30,490 bases of DNA from a virus (lineage: Duplodnaviria > Caudoviricetes). The stretch lies in the IMG/VR virus record IMGVR_UViG_3300024232_000056, positions 1-30,490 of that record; one strand, 5' to 3'. The position numbers and the translations under genes were made by a program. Shown piece by piece: positions 15,446-24,692 of the stretch (positions are counted from its first letter, which is position 1; each line of letters starts with the position of its first letter). Under the pieces are notes generated by a model. The model worked only from the letters and a program-made list of their open reading frames with translations, did no database searches and had not been told where the DNA came from.

Positions 15446-17100
15446 TAGGTGTACGGCTCCGCTCTACCGTTCCTGATAATGTACCTATTACCCTGTTCAT
15501 CAGTGCCAGTCTTACCTTCGTGCTCGGGTCCGAATTTAGTTATGGGTTGAGCTGTTGGCTGAGCCGTGGGCGTGCCCCCGCCTTGAGCCGAAGCTACAAC
15601 CTTCTGCCCCTCCGTTGTAAGACTACCGTCCTTGTTTACGAAGAGTGGATGCTCATCAGCATACTTGTCGATAACCTCATTCACTCCCCAGGAAGTAGCC
15701 CGCAGCGGATTATTCTTCATAAAGCTTCTGGCTTCTTTAGAGACCCCTCGATCGTACTCAGCCATCTGGCGGAGGTTACCTATGATAGCCTTGATGCCAC
15801 CTGGAGTTTGCAGGATCTGCGGGAATATCTTCTCGACGAACGCCCTATCAGCGTCAGAGAAGGACTTACTGAAGCTCCCGACGTGGGCCATAAGAGCCTG
15901 ATTGGAAAGGGAGGTAAACTCTTGATTGATCGCGGCCGAGCGTTCCGCGGACGTGGCAAGTTGCCCTAGCCTGTTCTTGAATGCAGTCGGATCAACTCCA
16001 ACTATTTTCATCAAAGATAGTACTTGATTGACCCCTTCAGCATATTTATTAGCTGATGTACCTGCGATAAAGTCTTTGTCCTGAGTAAGAGTACTCATTC
16101 GATCGAGTGTGGCAATGAGCTGCTGTGACTGGCCAGCTTTCTTTTCGGTGTCGAGGTAGATCTTTTCCGCGGACTTGATCTTGTCCGGGGCCTGTTGCAG
16201 CTCCAGCTTGTAATCACCAAAGCTGACATCGGGCTGACCCGCTTGTCGCCGAGCGATCCGTTCTTCCTGCCAGGCCTGTTGATCTGGGGTCAGCTTGAGC
16301 TTACCCATAGCATCGCGGAAGCGCTCCATAAGAGCCCGCCCCGGGCCACTAGTCATCAACTGCCGCGGCATCCCAGACAGGGCCTGTCCTACCGCAGCGG
16401 CTTCAGCCTGGGCATCGGCCTGATATGCAGGCACCTTTAGCGGGCCACCCTCTGGGGCTGGGGCGGGAGCCGCCTGTGGAGGTGCTGCTCCGAGGGCCGG
16501 AGCCGCCGCAGCGTTGAGTGTTTCCGCACTCATCACTGGGGTCTGTCCAGGCAGTGTATTCGGCGTGGGCGGAGGCCCCGCCAGCTGCTGTGGCTGGGGT
16601 TGTGCCGCACCCTGCTGTGCCGCAGCTATGATAGCGTCACTTGGGCTGGGCTCAGCCGCAGCCTGTTGTGGCCCCGCCTGAGGCGGAAGGGCACTTCGTG
16701 GTCCTACTCCTGGAATAGCCCCGGGCGCGCCCTGAAATGGATCAGGCGCAGGCGGGGCCTGAGCTGGCCCTGGAGTCAGTGGGATGTTAGGGGCTTGCTC
16801 CGCAGGGGCTGCGCCCCCCATCCCGGGCCATTGGAATTTCTTGAGATATTCAGCCTGTATTCTGTCGGACTCGCCCTTCTGGGTCAGCTGGCGACGCGCA
16901 AGCGCGGCCGCCTGGAGCTTCAACCCGGCCTCCATCTGGCCCGCGGCGAGCAGCTGCGATGCCTTCCTCTCCAGTGAGTCTGGATCGGTGCTCTTGAGGT
17001 CCGCAAGCGTTTCCTTCAGCGTAGCCCTATCCCGAGCCGCTCCCGCGACGGAGGGGAGGGCCCCGAGCAGACTGAAGTCCACATTAAAGTTGTCGGCCAT
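15445..17100 (-). CDS. DNA ejection (internal virion) protein
   Basis: Pro/Ala/Gln-rich linker plus helical domain; synteny; RBS AGGAG. Confidence 0.65.
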   Translation of the reverse strand: MADNFNVDFSLLGALPSVAGAARDRATLKETLADLKSTDPDSLERKASQLLAAGQMEAGLKLQAAALARRQLTQKGESDRIQAEYLKKFQWPGMGGAAPAEQAPNIPLTPGPAQAPPAPDPFQGAPGAIPGVGPRSALPPQAGPQQAAAEPSPSDAIIAAAQQGAAQPQPQQLAGPPPTPNTLPGQTPVMSAETLNAAAAPALGAAPPQAAPAPAPEGGPLKVPAYQADAQAEAAAVGQALSGMPRQLMTSGPGRALMERFRDAMGKLKLTPDQQAWQEERIARRQAGQPDVSFGDYKLELQQAPDKIKSAEKIYLDTEKKAGQSQQLIATLDRMSTLTQDKDFIAGTSANKYAEGVNQVLSLMKIVGVDPTAFKNRLGQLATSAERSAAINQEFTSLSNQALMAHVGSFSKSFSDADRAFVEKIFPQILQTPGGIKAIIGNLRQMAEYDRGVSKEARSFMKNNPLRATSWGVNEVIDKYADEHPLFVNKDGSLTTEGQKVVASAQGGGTPTAQPTAQPITKFGPEHEGKTGTDEQGNRYIIRNGRAEPYT

Positions 17101-17109
17101 AGTCAACTC

Positions 17110-18204
17110 CTACGCTGCGAGTCCAAGGCCCTTAAGAGCACTGCTTCCGATCGGGGTCGAGGCCCCTGCCGTGGCCAGGTTGAGGCCCAGGTTCCACAGG
17201 TTCTTCGAGCCAGCCATCTCCGCGTTCGCGGCAGTCTGGAAGGTCGGCGAGTACTGCCCTGCGATGTTCTGGAAGCCCTGGGACTGTTGTCCAGAAAGCG
17301 TGGACAGCAGATTGGCAATGCTGTTGCCTGTCCCGGTGTACACTCCACTCTGATCCTCGCCGCCGCGCTGGGCCAAATTGGCCAGGCTGGTCCCGGTCCC
17401 GAGCAGGGTATTGGCCACGTTAGTACCTGTGCCCGACAACAGATCGGACAGTTTTCCGCCGGTGCCAGTGTAGATGTTAGCCGCGCCCGTGCCTCCCGTA
17501 AGGGCAGCATTGGCTGTGCCCGAGGCGGCAGTCGAGGCCGCGTTCGCGCCAAGAGGCGCATAGGCCCCCTGCTGGGCCTGACCCAGGCCAGAGACGCCCG
17601 CTCTCCAAGCACCGTAGTCCTGATTGGCTAGGCCCTGTCCGTAAGTCTGTGCTTCACGGAGCTGGTTTCCGCCCGCGGCCATGCCAGAGGCATTCGCGTT
17701 ACGCAGAACGGACTCGAGTCCCTGGTTCAGCTGGAACTGGTAGCCGGGGCTGGACTGAAACGCGGCCTGAACCTGTCCCGCCATAGGACCAAGGCCAAAG
17801 GCCCCCTGCGCGATATCACCGCCCTGAAGAGCCCGTGCATCATAGCCTTGCCCTTGCCCAGCGAGTCCGCCGTAGGCGTCTGTTGCCCCCTGAACACCGC
17901 TTCGGAGTGACTCAAGGCCCCCTGTCTGTCCAGCCAAAAGGGCATTGGTCCCGCCGGTCTGGCCCCCATAAAGAGCCGCGATTGCCTGGGGCGAGTAATT
18001 CTGGATGTCTCCGCGCGCCGTGGCTTGCCCGCCCTGAAGGGCACCAATGGCACTGCCCTGTCCACTTTGGAGGGCGTCGATGCCGCGGGTCTGCGCGGCA
18101 CCAATGCCAGATTGGATCTGATTGGAGATCCCCGTAAGATACTGCTGCTGTTGTTCTGCAGCTTTCTTAACGGGATCGCCGGTAAAGATATCGAACAGGC
18201 CCAT
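17110..18204 (-). CDS. DNA ejection/pilot protein (P22 gp7-like)
   Basis: Gly/Ala/Gln-rich, SPGYQFQLNQG motif, MGLFD start. Confidence 0.75.
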   Translation of the reverse strand: MGLFDIFTGDPVKKAAEQQQQYLTGISNQIQSGIGAAQTRGIDALQSGQGSAIGALQGGQATARGDIQNYSPQAIAALYGGQTGGTNALLAGQTGGLESLRSGVQGATDAYGGLAGQGQGYDARALQGGDIAQGAFGLGPMAGQVQAAFQSSPGYQFQLNQGLESVLRNANASGMAAGGNQLREAQTYGQGLANQDYGAWRAGVSGLGQAQQGAYAPLGANAASTAASGTANAALTGGTGAANIYTGTGGKLSDLLSGTGTNVANTLLGTGTSLANLAQRGGEDQSGVYTGTGNSIANLLSTLSGQQSQGFQNIAGQYSPTFQTAANAEMAGSKNLWNLGLNLATAGASTPIGSSALKGLGLAA

Positions 18205-18213
18205 TATAGCCTC

Positions 18214-18975
18214 CTATGACTTCTTCAGTCCGTACATCGCGATGCGCCCAGAGACTATCGTGCCTGAGGCAAAGAAGAACCGCACAGCATTACATGGGGT
18301 AGAGTCGCTGGCTTCCTCACCAGCACCGATCACCATATAAGTACCGCTACCAGCATCATACCAGTCAACAGATCGCCAACTAGCCGCGTTTAGGTTTTGG
18401 TTCCTATTTGGATAGAGCATAACCTCAGAACTATTTCCCCACGTGGAGCTTGTGGCCCCACCAATCCTGAAGTACGCGCTGGAGCCTTCTAGAGTCGAGC
18501 TGTGGAAGTTGGCCGCGGTGCCGCCCATATAGACATATACCCAGGTCCATATATTGGCAGTGTTCTTCCACGTCGCGCCTCCATCCAGACTCATCTGCAT
18601 CCACAACGCTGCGTTGTGGGAAGAGGTCCTCAGCGACGTGATGTGGAACTGATAGGTATCGTAAGTGTTGTCTATCCCCGTGAATACAAGTTGTCCAGAG
18701 TTGTTTGCCACTTGAGACGAGAGGAATATCAGTCCGGGAGAAACGCCCGGAGGCGGATTTTGTAGTGCGGTAATAGCCGCTTGTTGTGTTGTGTTATTCA
18801 CCTGCTGTGCTGTGTTAATTGCCTGCTGTGCTGCAAGAGATGTTTGCAGTGTCGCGACATTCGCTTGAAGCTGTGTCGTGGTCGTGAATAGATCTTGAAG
18901 CCATGAATACCATTCAGGGTCCCAGTGACTCTGTTCATCAGTAACTCTTGAGAACGGATCGAGTGGGGCCTTCAT
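18214..18975 (-). CDS. tail needle/plug-like protein (gp26 position) with C-terminal knob
   Basis: EWYSWLQDL, then a Q/T/A/N coiled coil, then a beta-rich domain; directly after the gp10-like gene. Confidence 0.6.
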   Translation of the reverse strand: MKAPLDPFSRVTDEQSHWDPEWYSWLQDLFTTTTQLQANVATLQTSLAAQQAINTAQQVNNTTQQAAITALQNPPPGVSPGLIFLSSQVANNSGQLVFTGIDNTYDTYQFHITSLRTSSHNAALWMQMSLDGGATWKNTANIWTWVYVYMGGTAANFHSSTLEGSSAYFRIGGATSSTWGNSSEVMLYPNRNQNLNAASWRSVDWYDAGSGTYMVIGAGEEASDSTPCNAVRFFFASGTIVSGRIAMYGLKKS

Positions 18976-20390
18976 CCAGAGTACCCCCGCGCTTCAAGAT
19001 CATCTATCGAACCCCCCGACAGTCCCACATGGACCGGATCGGAGACCCGCAGGCGGAACCGCACGCCCTGGCCCTTAGACAGCCCGCACTGCAGGACATA
19101 TGGGTGGGAGAGCGACTCCCCCGGACCACCGAGGCGACGCAGCACAGGGTCACCGTAGGTGTATCCCCCGTCGAGTGACCATGAGATCTCTACCTTCGGG
19201 TTCGTTACAGTGGAGGTCGTTCCTACAGCGGTCGTTAGCAAGAAGCTGCTCCGAGGCACCATGACCCCGCGCGGAAAGCCTGACATCACCCCGCTTTCTA
19301 CCTGCCAAATCAACGGGTCAGTACCTTCAAGAAAGTATGATCCGCTGATCTGATACAGATCTCCGGTAAACTCATCTCCGACGATCCAGCGATCGAAGAT
19401 CCGTATACTCTTCATTCCCTTCCAGTTGGACCGATTAAACGACTTGCGCTCGTTCCACTCGCCCGTGACTAGGTTATACTCCCACGTCCAATTATCATGA
19501 GAGGACAAGACCCAGAAGGCATTCTTGCCGTACATATAGACAAAGGCCTCGATGAGGTTACGGCCCCCGGCGAGTACCGCTGATTGAATGGCCCTACTAA
19601 CATCATCGGTAGAGACTGGTGTAGGCGTGTATCCATCCAACTTATAAACGATGAAGTCATCTCCGGCCCAGAGCAACTGATTGGCCCATCCGGTCTCCCA
19701 ACCAGCGACAGCATGAGTCCCAACGATACCCCGAGGGATAGTGACTTCGCGGGCGAACGGGAAAGGACTGGTGCCCGCGTCGCGATAGACTCCTGTCCAC
19801 TTATCTCCGAAGGCATACAACCGCCCTGCATACCGCAGTACCCGCCGCACGAACAGACCTTGCTCGGTATTCAGCGATAACGCCTGTACATTAGTAGAAT
19901 TAAGATCGGAAGCATAGATCTGACCTCCGCCAAATGACCAGACAAAGTACCCATCAAAGTCACAAACACTTGTTGGCCCGGCGGGTAGATTGGCCGAGAC
20001 AAAGGCTGTTATCCCGGTACTGGTGTCAACATTAAAACAGCCATTTTCGCTGACAACTACATTCTGTTTAACAAGAGCATTATTCCGCCCGAAGGTTACT
20101 GGTTCGGTCCCCACAAACGGGCCTAAATCTGTCACAGAAAAGATACTATCAAACTTCATAAGTCTACCATTAATTGCCCATACTCCAACGGCTTCTGCGT
20201 CAAGAAATCCTCTAGTATGACCACTTATCACAGTCGTTGCTATCCGCTGGAGACCCGGGGAGCGCCTCACGATGATCTGTGATGGCGCTCCATAAGGCGT
20301 CTTCTCCACATAGGCATTGATCAGCCTTCCACCAGACTCTTGCGGCCTGGTGGCCGGGGCTGACGTAGTTGGAAACACAATAGAGGGCAT
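18972..20390 (-). CDS. P22 gp10-like tail hub / packaged DNA stabilization protein
   Basis: 472 aa, RLINAY, SPGL, DGYFV, TWEYNLVTGEWNER, ISWSLDGG.TYG, FRLRVSDPV. Confidence 0.85.
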   Translation of the reverse strand: MPSIVFPTTSAPATRPQESGGRLINAYVEKTPYGAPSQIIVRRSPGLQRIATTVISGHTRGFLDAEAVGVWAINGRLMKFDSIFSVTDLGPFVGTEPVTFGRNNALVKQNVVVSENGCFNVDTSTGITAFVSANLPAGPTSVCDFDGYFVWSFGGGQIYASDLNSTNVQALSLNTEQGLFVRRVLRYAGRLYAFGDKWTGVYRDAGTSPFPFAREVTIPRGIVGTHAVAGWETGWANQLLWAGDDFIVYKLDGYTPTPVSTDDVSRAIQSAVLAGGRNLIEAFVYMYGKNAFWVLSSHDNWTWEYNLVTGEWNERKSFNRSNWKGMKSIRIFDRWIVGDEFTGDLYQISGSYFLEGTDPLIWQVESGVMSGFPRGVMVPRSSFLLTTAVGTTSTVTNPKVEISWSLDGGYTYGDPVLRRLGGPGESLSHPYVLQCGLSKGQGVRFRLRVSDPVHVGLSGGSIDDLEARGYSG

Positions 20391-20734
20391 CAGAAGTACT
20401 CAGCTTCCTGGGTCCCATAAGTGGGACCACTCGAGGTCAACCGGCGCAAGCGACTCTCATAGTACTCCTTTATCTGCGGATCGAAGTTCTTTCCCGCCAC
20501 GGGAGCACAGATGTTGGCCAATAGTCCCGCGAGCGAGTCGAACCACTCAGCCGGGATATATCCGTCATTAACTACCTCACAGATGTTATCCGAGGCCAGT
20601 TGCATTACCAGCGGGTCTACGTTGTTATCGATCTTCTCTGAGTACTCCGCCTCGAGCCCCTGGCCGGTGCCAACAATGTTGAGCTTGTCCGCGGCCTCGC
20701 GTATAAGCTCGAAGCGGGTTTTGGTTGTTTTCAT
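20390..20734 (-). CDS. P22 gp4-like head-tail adaptor
   Basis: TRFELIREAADKLNIV..GQ, IPAEWF, C-terminal AEYF; synteny. Confidence 0.75.
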   Translation of the reverse strand: MKTTKTRFELIREAADKLNIVGTGQGLEAEYSEKIDNNVDPLVMQLASDNICEVVNDGYIPAEWFDSLAGLLANICAPVAGKNFDPQIKEYYESRLRRLTSSGPTYGTQEAEYF

Positions 20735-21348
20735 AGCGGCAGAAGCTCCAGTGTGATGTTCAACCGCGTGATAGGGGCACCTGTCGTAGATGAGAACCTA
20801 ATGATGTCGCCTGCGTTAATACCTGTAGTCCATCCGGCCAAGGTGCTGTTCTGATACTTACCCGCGACAAGAACAGGGTTAACTCCTCCCGTGATATCCA
20901 CTAGACCGGTAGGCCATGCAGAGAAGTTACCCTTCTGGAGGGTTATGGTGGGATTTCCGCTCGTCGCGTCGCTAATGATAGTGACCCTCGTAATAGTACA
21001 AGAGTATGGGATTAACGTGTCCTGCACGCTAGGCGTAGCTCCAATGAGCAGCGCGGCGGGAACACCCCTAATCCTGTGATTGGCCGTAAGTTCCAGACTT
21101 CCGGCCCCGTTAAACCCCAGACCACCACCTGCCGTCAATATCTCGACTGCCCCGGTGCCAGAGGTATCCCGTCCGAGTAGTCGATCAGACGGGATACTCT
21201 GGAGGGCTGTTATAGGGATATTGGCATAGGCCTGTGCCGCGAAGGTGTAGGTACCACCATTCTTAGTGATAGTGATCCCGGTCCCGGCCAAAACCTGAGC
21301 CGGGAACCGAGGCAGAATACGAGCACGAAGACTTGGTTGCGTACCCAC
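20731..21348 (-). CDS. virion structural protein (short fibre/appendage-like)
   Basis: AGTGITIT and RLLGR.TSGTGAVE fibre-like motifs; GTG after GGAGG. Confidence 0.6.
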   Translation of the reverse strand: MGTQPSLRARILPRFPAQVLAGTGITITKNGGTYTFAAQAYANIPITALQSIPSDRLLGRDTSGTGAVEILTAGGGLGFNGAGSLELTANHRIRGVPAALLIGATPSVQDTLIPYSCTITRVTIISDATSGNPTITLQKGNFSAWPTGLVDITGGVNPVLVAGKYQNSTLAGWTTGINAGDIIRFSSTTGAPITRLNITLELLPL

Positions 21349-21357
21349 GAGCACCTC

Positions 21358-21534
21358 CTACTGCGGATCTCTCTCGACCTTGAACTGTTTGTTCTGGCTA
21401 AGAGAGTCGGCTATGATAAGATCGTCTCCGATCTCGACAGGAACTCCCCGCGGAAGCTTGTATGGGCCAAAGTCGAGTACCTTAGCCTCTAACGGATCAC
21501 CAGTACCAAGCCAGGTTACTTTAACTCGAGCCAT
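21358..21534 (-). CDS. small hypothetical protein
   Basis: RBS GGAGG before ATG 21534. Confidence 0.65.
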   Translation of the reverse strand: MARVKVTWLGTGDPLEAKVLDFGPYKLPRGVPVEIGDDLIIADSLSQNKQFKVERDPQ

Positions 21535-21545
21535 ATCTTCCTCCA

Positions 21546-21758
21546 CTATTTTTTGGACTTGGACTTGTCGTCCTCTTTGGGCTGAGCTTCCTCCGGGATC
21601 GGGATCGCCTGAGCCGGAGGCGGTGCCATAGGGTTCGGTACCGGAGCCACTGGCTCACCCGGCTTCGGCACCGGCCCTTGGGCCGACTGCTGCGAGGGCG
21701 GCACGTGAGTATCCAGCTGCGGGGGGTTCGCCTTGTCTTCGTCTTTGTGTTGGGCCAT
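21546..21758 (-). CDS. small Pro-rich disordered protein
   Basis: RBS GGAG; fills the operon gap. Confidence 0.6.
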   Translation of the reverse strand: MAQHKDEDKANPPQLDTHVPPSQQSAQGPVPKPGEPVAPVPNPMAPPPAQAIPIPEEAQPKEDDKSKSKK

Positions 21759-21770
21759 TTCACTCTCCGT

Positions 21771-21797
21771 AAAAGCGGGAGGGGACTACCCCCTCCC
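21771..21797 (-). terminator. Rho-independent terminator after the capsid/decoration genes
   Basis: - strand reads GGGAGGGG-GTAGT-CCCCTCCC-GCTTTT. Confidence 0.7.
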
Positions 21798-21813
21798 AGT
21801 TGGACGAGGTCGG

Positions 21814-22203
21814 TTACGCAAGTGGCTTGACGAACTGAACGATGATGTAGGCATCACCAGTAGCCGTCCCGGTGATGTTAGCATAGACATCGGTGTCGGC
21901 CACGAGTGGCATCACCAACGCCGCAAGTGGTACTGTGTTAAGACTGCCTGCCGTCAATGCGATAGTGGCAGCAATCTCCGAACCGGTAGGTGTCGTACCA
22001 ATACCAAACACTGGAGTAGAGCCAGTGATAGCCGTCTCCACGTTGGTAGAGGCAGCGAGGATGATAGCTCCCGCCGGGAGCGTACCAACCTTGATGCTGT
22101 AGACAGAGACACCGCCAGTCGGCGCGGCTCGGGCAGCAATATACTGCACGAACTCATATCCGGCTTCGCGAGCGGCTCCCCTGTTGTTGAGTGACGTTAC
22201 CAT
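21814..22203 (-). CDS. capsid decoration/cement protein
   Basis: Follows the capsid gene; VGTLPAGAII, Thr/Ala/Gly-rich beta protein; RBS GAGGAGG. Confidence 0.7.
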   Translation of the reverse strand: MVTSLNNRGAAREAGYEFVQYIAARAAPTGGVSVYSIKVGTLPAGAIILAASTNVETAITGSTPVFGIGTTPTGSEIAATIALTAGSLNTVPLAALVMPLVADTDVYANITGTATGDAYIIVQFVKPLA

Positions 22204-22217
22204 GTTATGAGCCCTCC

Positions 22218-23402
22218 TCAATCAGACGAACAAGCGAAGAACCCATTCACCACGCCCCACTGCTTAAGAGTGGTCGAGGTGTACGGGTGCCGCTTGAACA
22301 TCTTGCCGACGCCGTAGGCCATCTCGATGCCGACGCCAGTGATGAAGCCGTAGTCGTCTTCCTTGCGGAACGTGGGCTTGGCCATCTGACCCCACGCGAA
22401 GACTGCAGCCTGTTGGCCGAGCATGAACACAGGCTCGACCCGCGTAGTGCCACCCTGACCTCCAAGCAGGAGGTTGCCAGTGCCTGCCGGACCCCAGGGA
22501 CCAGGGTTGGCAGTCGTGCCCACGAAGCGGCTGATCTCAGGAACACACCTGACAATCACTCCGTCATAGATCTGATCGCCATCTTGGAAGATAGGGTTCT
22601 TGGTAGCACCATATGGCCCTGACTGTTCGCGGGGCCTTGCGTCCTTGTTGATGGTCTCCAGGGAGATCTTCAGGTCGCGGAACGCATTAGTTCCCGCGCA
22701 CGCAATGTAGTACTCATACCCATCGTCAGTCCGATAGGGACGGATATGAGGATCAGCATTCATTGCGAGCCGCTTCATCAGTGACAGGTTCGTGGCAGTG
22801 AACTTGTCGTTGGTCGTATCGCACTGACCAAGAGACGTAGCGAAGTCAGTCGCGTTGTTGGATACTGCGTTACCAAACAGGATACGATCCGAGTTGGCAG
22901 CGCGCCATGCATCCTTCTGGGCCGTCGAGGCCTGATCGAACTGGATACCGTTGACCCTCGTGCCGCCACTCGAGGGCGGAAGGGTCTCGGTTGGCAGGGC
23001 CATCAGCGCGGCGATGATCTCGTCCCGCTGAAGTTCCTTACCCCAATCGCTCAAGAGGGGCTTCGCCACCCCGAATACGTCGGCCGAGTCCTTATGAGAC
23101 TCAGACTTCGTAGTCACCACAGCATTACGAGCCCATTCGATCCTGACTCGCATACCGTAGTTGTCGATCTTCTCTTCGTTTCCGACCAGCGTCTGTGTCG
23201 CCACGCCAGCTCCCTGGAGGCGCGACACGAGCGGGATGTTCATATCCTCGCCGCCTGCCTTCAGCTCGCTGCGGATACGAATAACCGCGTTCAGGCCCTC
23301 ACTCATGTAGGGCGAGAACTGATTACCTCTAACAAACTCTCGGTTGATTTCCTCTGTATACCGAACGAGTTTGTTATTGTCTTGAATGGTTGTCACAGCC
23401 AT
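22218..23402 (-). CDS. major capsid protein (DUF4043 / N4-gp56-like)
   Basis: 394 aa; L.G.GV....LVGNEE, RNAV, NPIF...YDGVIV, EDDYGF..G motifs; follows the scaffold gene. Confidence 0.88.
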   Translation of the reverse strand: MAVTTIQDNNKLVRYTEEINREFVRGNQFSPYMSEGLNAVIRIRSELKAGGEDMNIPLVSRLQGAGVATQTLVGNEEKIDNYGMRVRIEWARNAVVTTKSESHKDSADVFGVAKPLLSDWGKELQRDEIIAALMALPTETLPPSSGGTRVNGIQFDQASTAQKDAWRAANSDRILFGNAVSNNATDFATSLGQCDTTNDKFTATNLSLMKRLAMNADPHIRPYRTDDGYEYYIACAGTNAFRDLKISLETINKDARPREQSGPYGATKNPIFQDGDQIYDGVIVRCVPEISRFVGTTANPGPWGPAGTGNLLLGGQGGTTRVEPVFMLGQQAAVFAWGQMAKPTFRKEDDYGFITGVGIEMAYGVGKMFKRHPYTSTTLKQWGVVNGFFACSSD

Positions 23403-23459
23403 GGCTGTAACCCTTTCCTGACTCGAGCCATATCAAAACATTTTGTTCCGGTACGGCTC
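23400..23459 (-). promoter_or_regulatory. palindromic leader element, copy 2 (capsid gene leader)
   Basis: GAGCCGTACCGGAAC-AAAAT-GTTTTGATATGGCTC hairpin (14 of 15 positions pair, G-U allowed), then AGTCAGGAAAGGGTTACAGCCATG. Confidence 0.65.
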
Positions 23460-23465
23460 ATACGC

Positions 23466-24263
23466 TCATCTCTCTTTGCCATTACTCATGGCATATCGAA
23501 ACAAGCTATCGTGGCTCATATCGCCCATCTTCTCCGTGTTTCCGGCGGAGGCGGTGGTCTTTGAGAGCGACGGGGGAAGTCGTGTCTCAGACGGTCGACT
23601 GGCAGCACTTCCACGAACCTTATCTAGCATACTGGCTTGGAAGGTGGGATCAGCCATCTTCTCAGCCAGCTTCTTCTCAAACCAAGCATTAGGATCGTCA
23701 CCAACGGCAGCAAGCGTAGCCTGTTTCCTGTGCCACTGCACGACCGCGTCGTAGCGGTTCGGTGACTGCACCACACGCTCGTAGTCGGCCACGTCGAGGG
23801 TTTGCTGAGCCCTGGCATCCAAGAACGCCTGTTCAGCCTCCGCGACCTTATCCTGCCCGTGCCGGGTCTCAGCGATCAACTTGCTGTTGTACATCGTAGT
23901 AGCGTTCTGCTGTTCAACAACAGGCCGTAGATACCGCTGGATGATTTCTTCCGTGGCCTTGTCCGGGTTTTCGAAGAAGTCCGGCTTCTTTTCCGCTTGA
24001 CGCAGGTGAGTTGCGATCTCGTTCAGGCGCGACTCTAGCGCCCTCGCTCGATCTTCAGCCGCTCTTCGACCTTCGGCCTCCTCCCTCAACCGCCAAGTCG
24101 GAACGCCCGGCTCGGGAGGTTCCACAGCGGCCGGAGGTGGAGGCTCCGGTGCCGGGGGCGGGGCAGGTTCCGGCTCTGCCGGGGGCTCCGCTGGGGGAGT
24201 TACTTGTGCTAGATCGAACATCTCTTGCTGGAGCTGTTCGGGGCTCTTATCATCGTCTGCCAT
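23466..24263 (-). CDS. capsid scaffolding protein
   Basis: Pro/Glu-rich N-terminus, VP.WRLREE coiled coil, LPPSLS tail; directly before the capsid gene. Confidence 0.8.
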   Translation of the reverse strand: MADDDKSPEQLQQEMFDLAQVTPPAEPPAEPEPAPPPAPEPPPPAAVEPPEPGVPTWRLREEAEGRRAAEDRARALESRLNEIATHLRQAEKKPDFFENPDKATEEIIQRYLRPVVEQQNATTMYNSKLIAETRHGQDKVAEAEQAFLDARAQQTLDVADYERVVQSPNRYDAVVQWHRKQATLAAVGDDPNAWFEKKLAEKMADPTFQASMLDKVRGSAASRPSETRLPPSLSKTTASAGNTEKMGDMSHDSLFRYAMSNGKER

Positions 24264-24305
24264 CTTCCATCCTTCCGCTGTTTCGTAGCGTTTACGTATC
24301 CGGGG

Positions 24306-24413
24306 CTATCGCCCCCGGCGGCGAGGCACCATATCGCTGGTGCGGGCGAAGATTATTAATCTACATAGCAGACGACGCCACCAGCCATCATTAGGCGTGA
24401 ATGCTCGCATCAT
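24306..24413 (-). CDS. possible 35-aa basic peptide
   Basis: Hand translation MMRAFTPNDGWWRRLLCRLIIFARTSDMVPRRRGR; GGAG RBS and ATGA overlap. May be non-coding. Confidence 0.3.
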   Translation of the reverse strand: MMRAFTPNDGWWRRLLCRLIIFARTSDMVPRRRGR

Positions 24414-24598
24414 CGTCTCCTATAATCACCCACTTTCAGGTGATCAATTCCTCCGCGGCGGACTGGTCCCGCGACCTTTGCCTTGCCAGCTGTATTCAGC
24501 GCAATGGCAACCGCCTGTTTCTGTGGCTTTCCCGCGCTTATCTCGGTACGTATGTTCTGCGAGATAATTTTGGGATCTTTCCCTTTAATCAGTGGCAT
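24410..24598 (-). CDS. small basic phage protein (MPL.KG...ISQNI...GKPQKQAVAIAL family)
   Basis: Motif commonly seen in phage head modules; RBS AGGAG. Confidence 0.8.
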   Translation of the reverse strand: MPLIKGKDPKIISQNIRTEISAGKPQKQAVAIALNTAGKAKVAGPVRRGGIDHLKVGDYRRR

Positions 24599-24692
24599 CC
24601 CACGCTCCTATCATATAGCCATAGATCGCGAGACCTATGAGGGCCACGACTATCAGCACGAATGTTAAGGCCACTTTGTGTTCGTACTTCAT
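24585..24692 (-). CDS. 35-aa single-TM membrane peptide
   Basis: Hand translation MKYEHKVALTFVLIVVALIGLAIYGYMIGAWDATD; ATGA overlap; below the ORF-track cutoff. Confidence 0.6.
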   Translation of the reverse strand: MKYEHKVALTFVLIVVALIGLAIYGYMIGAWDATD

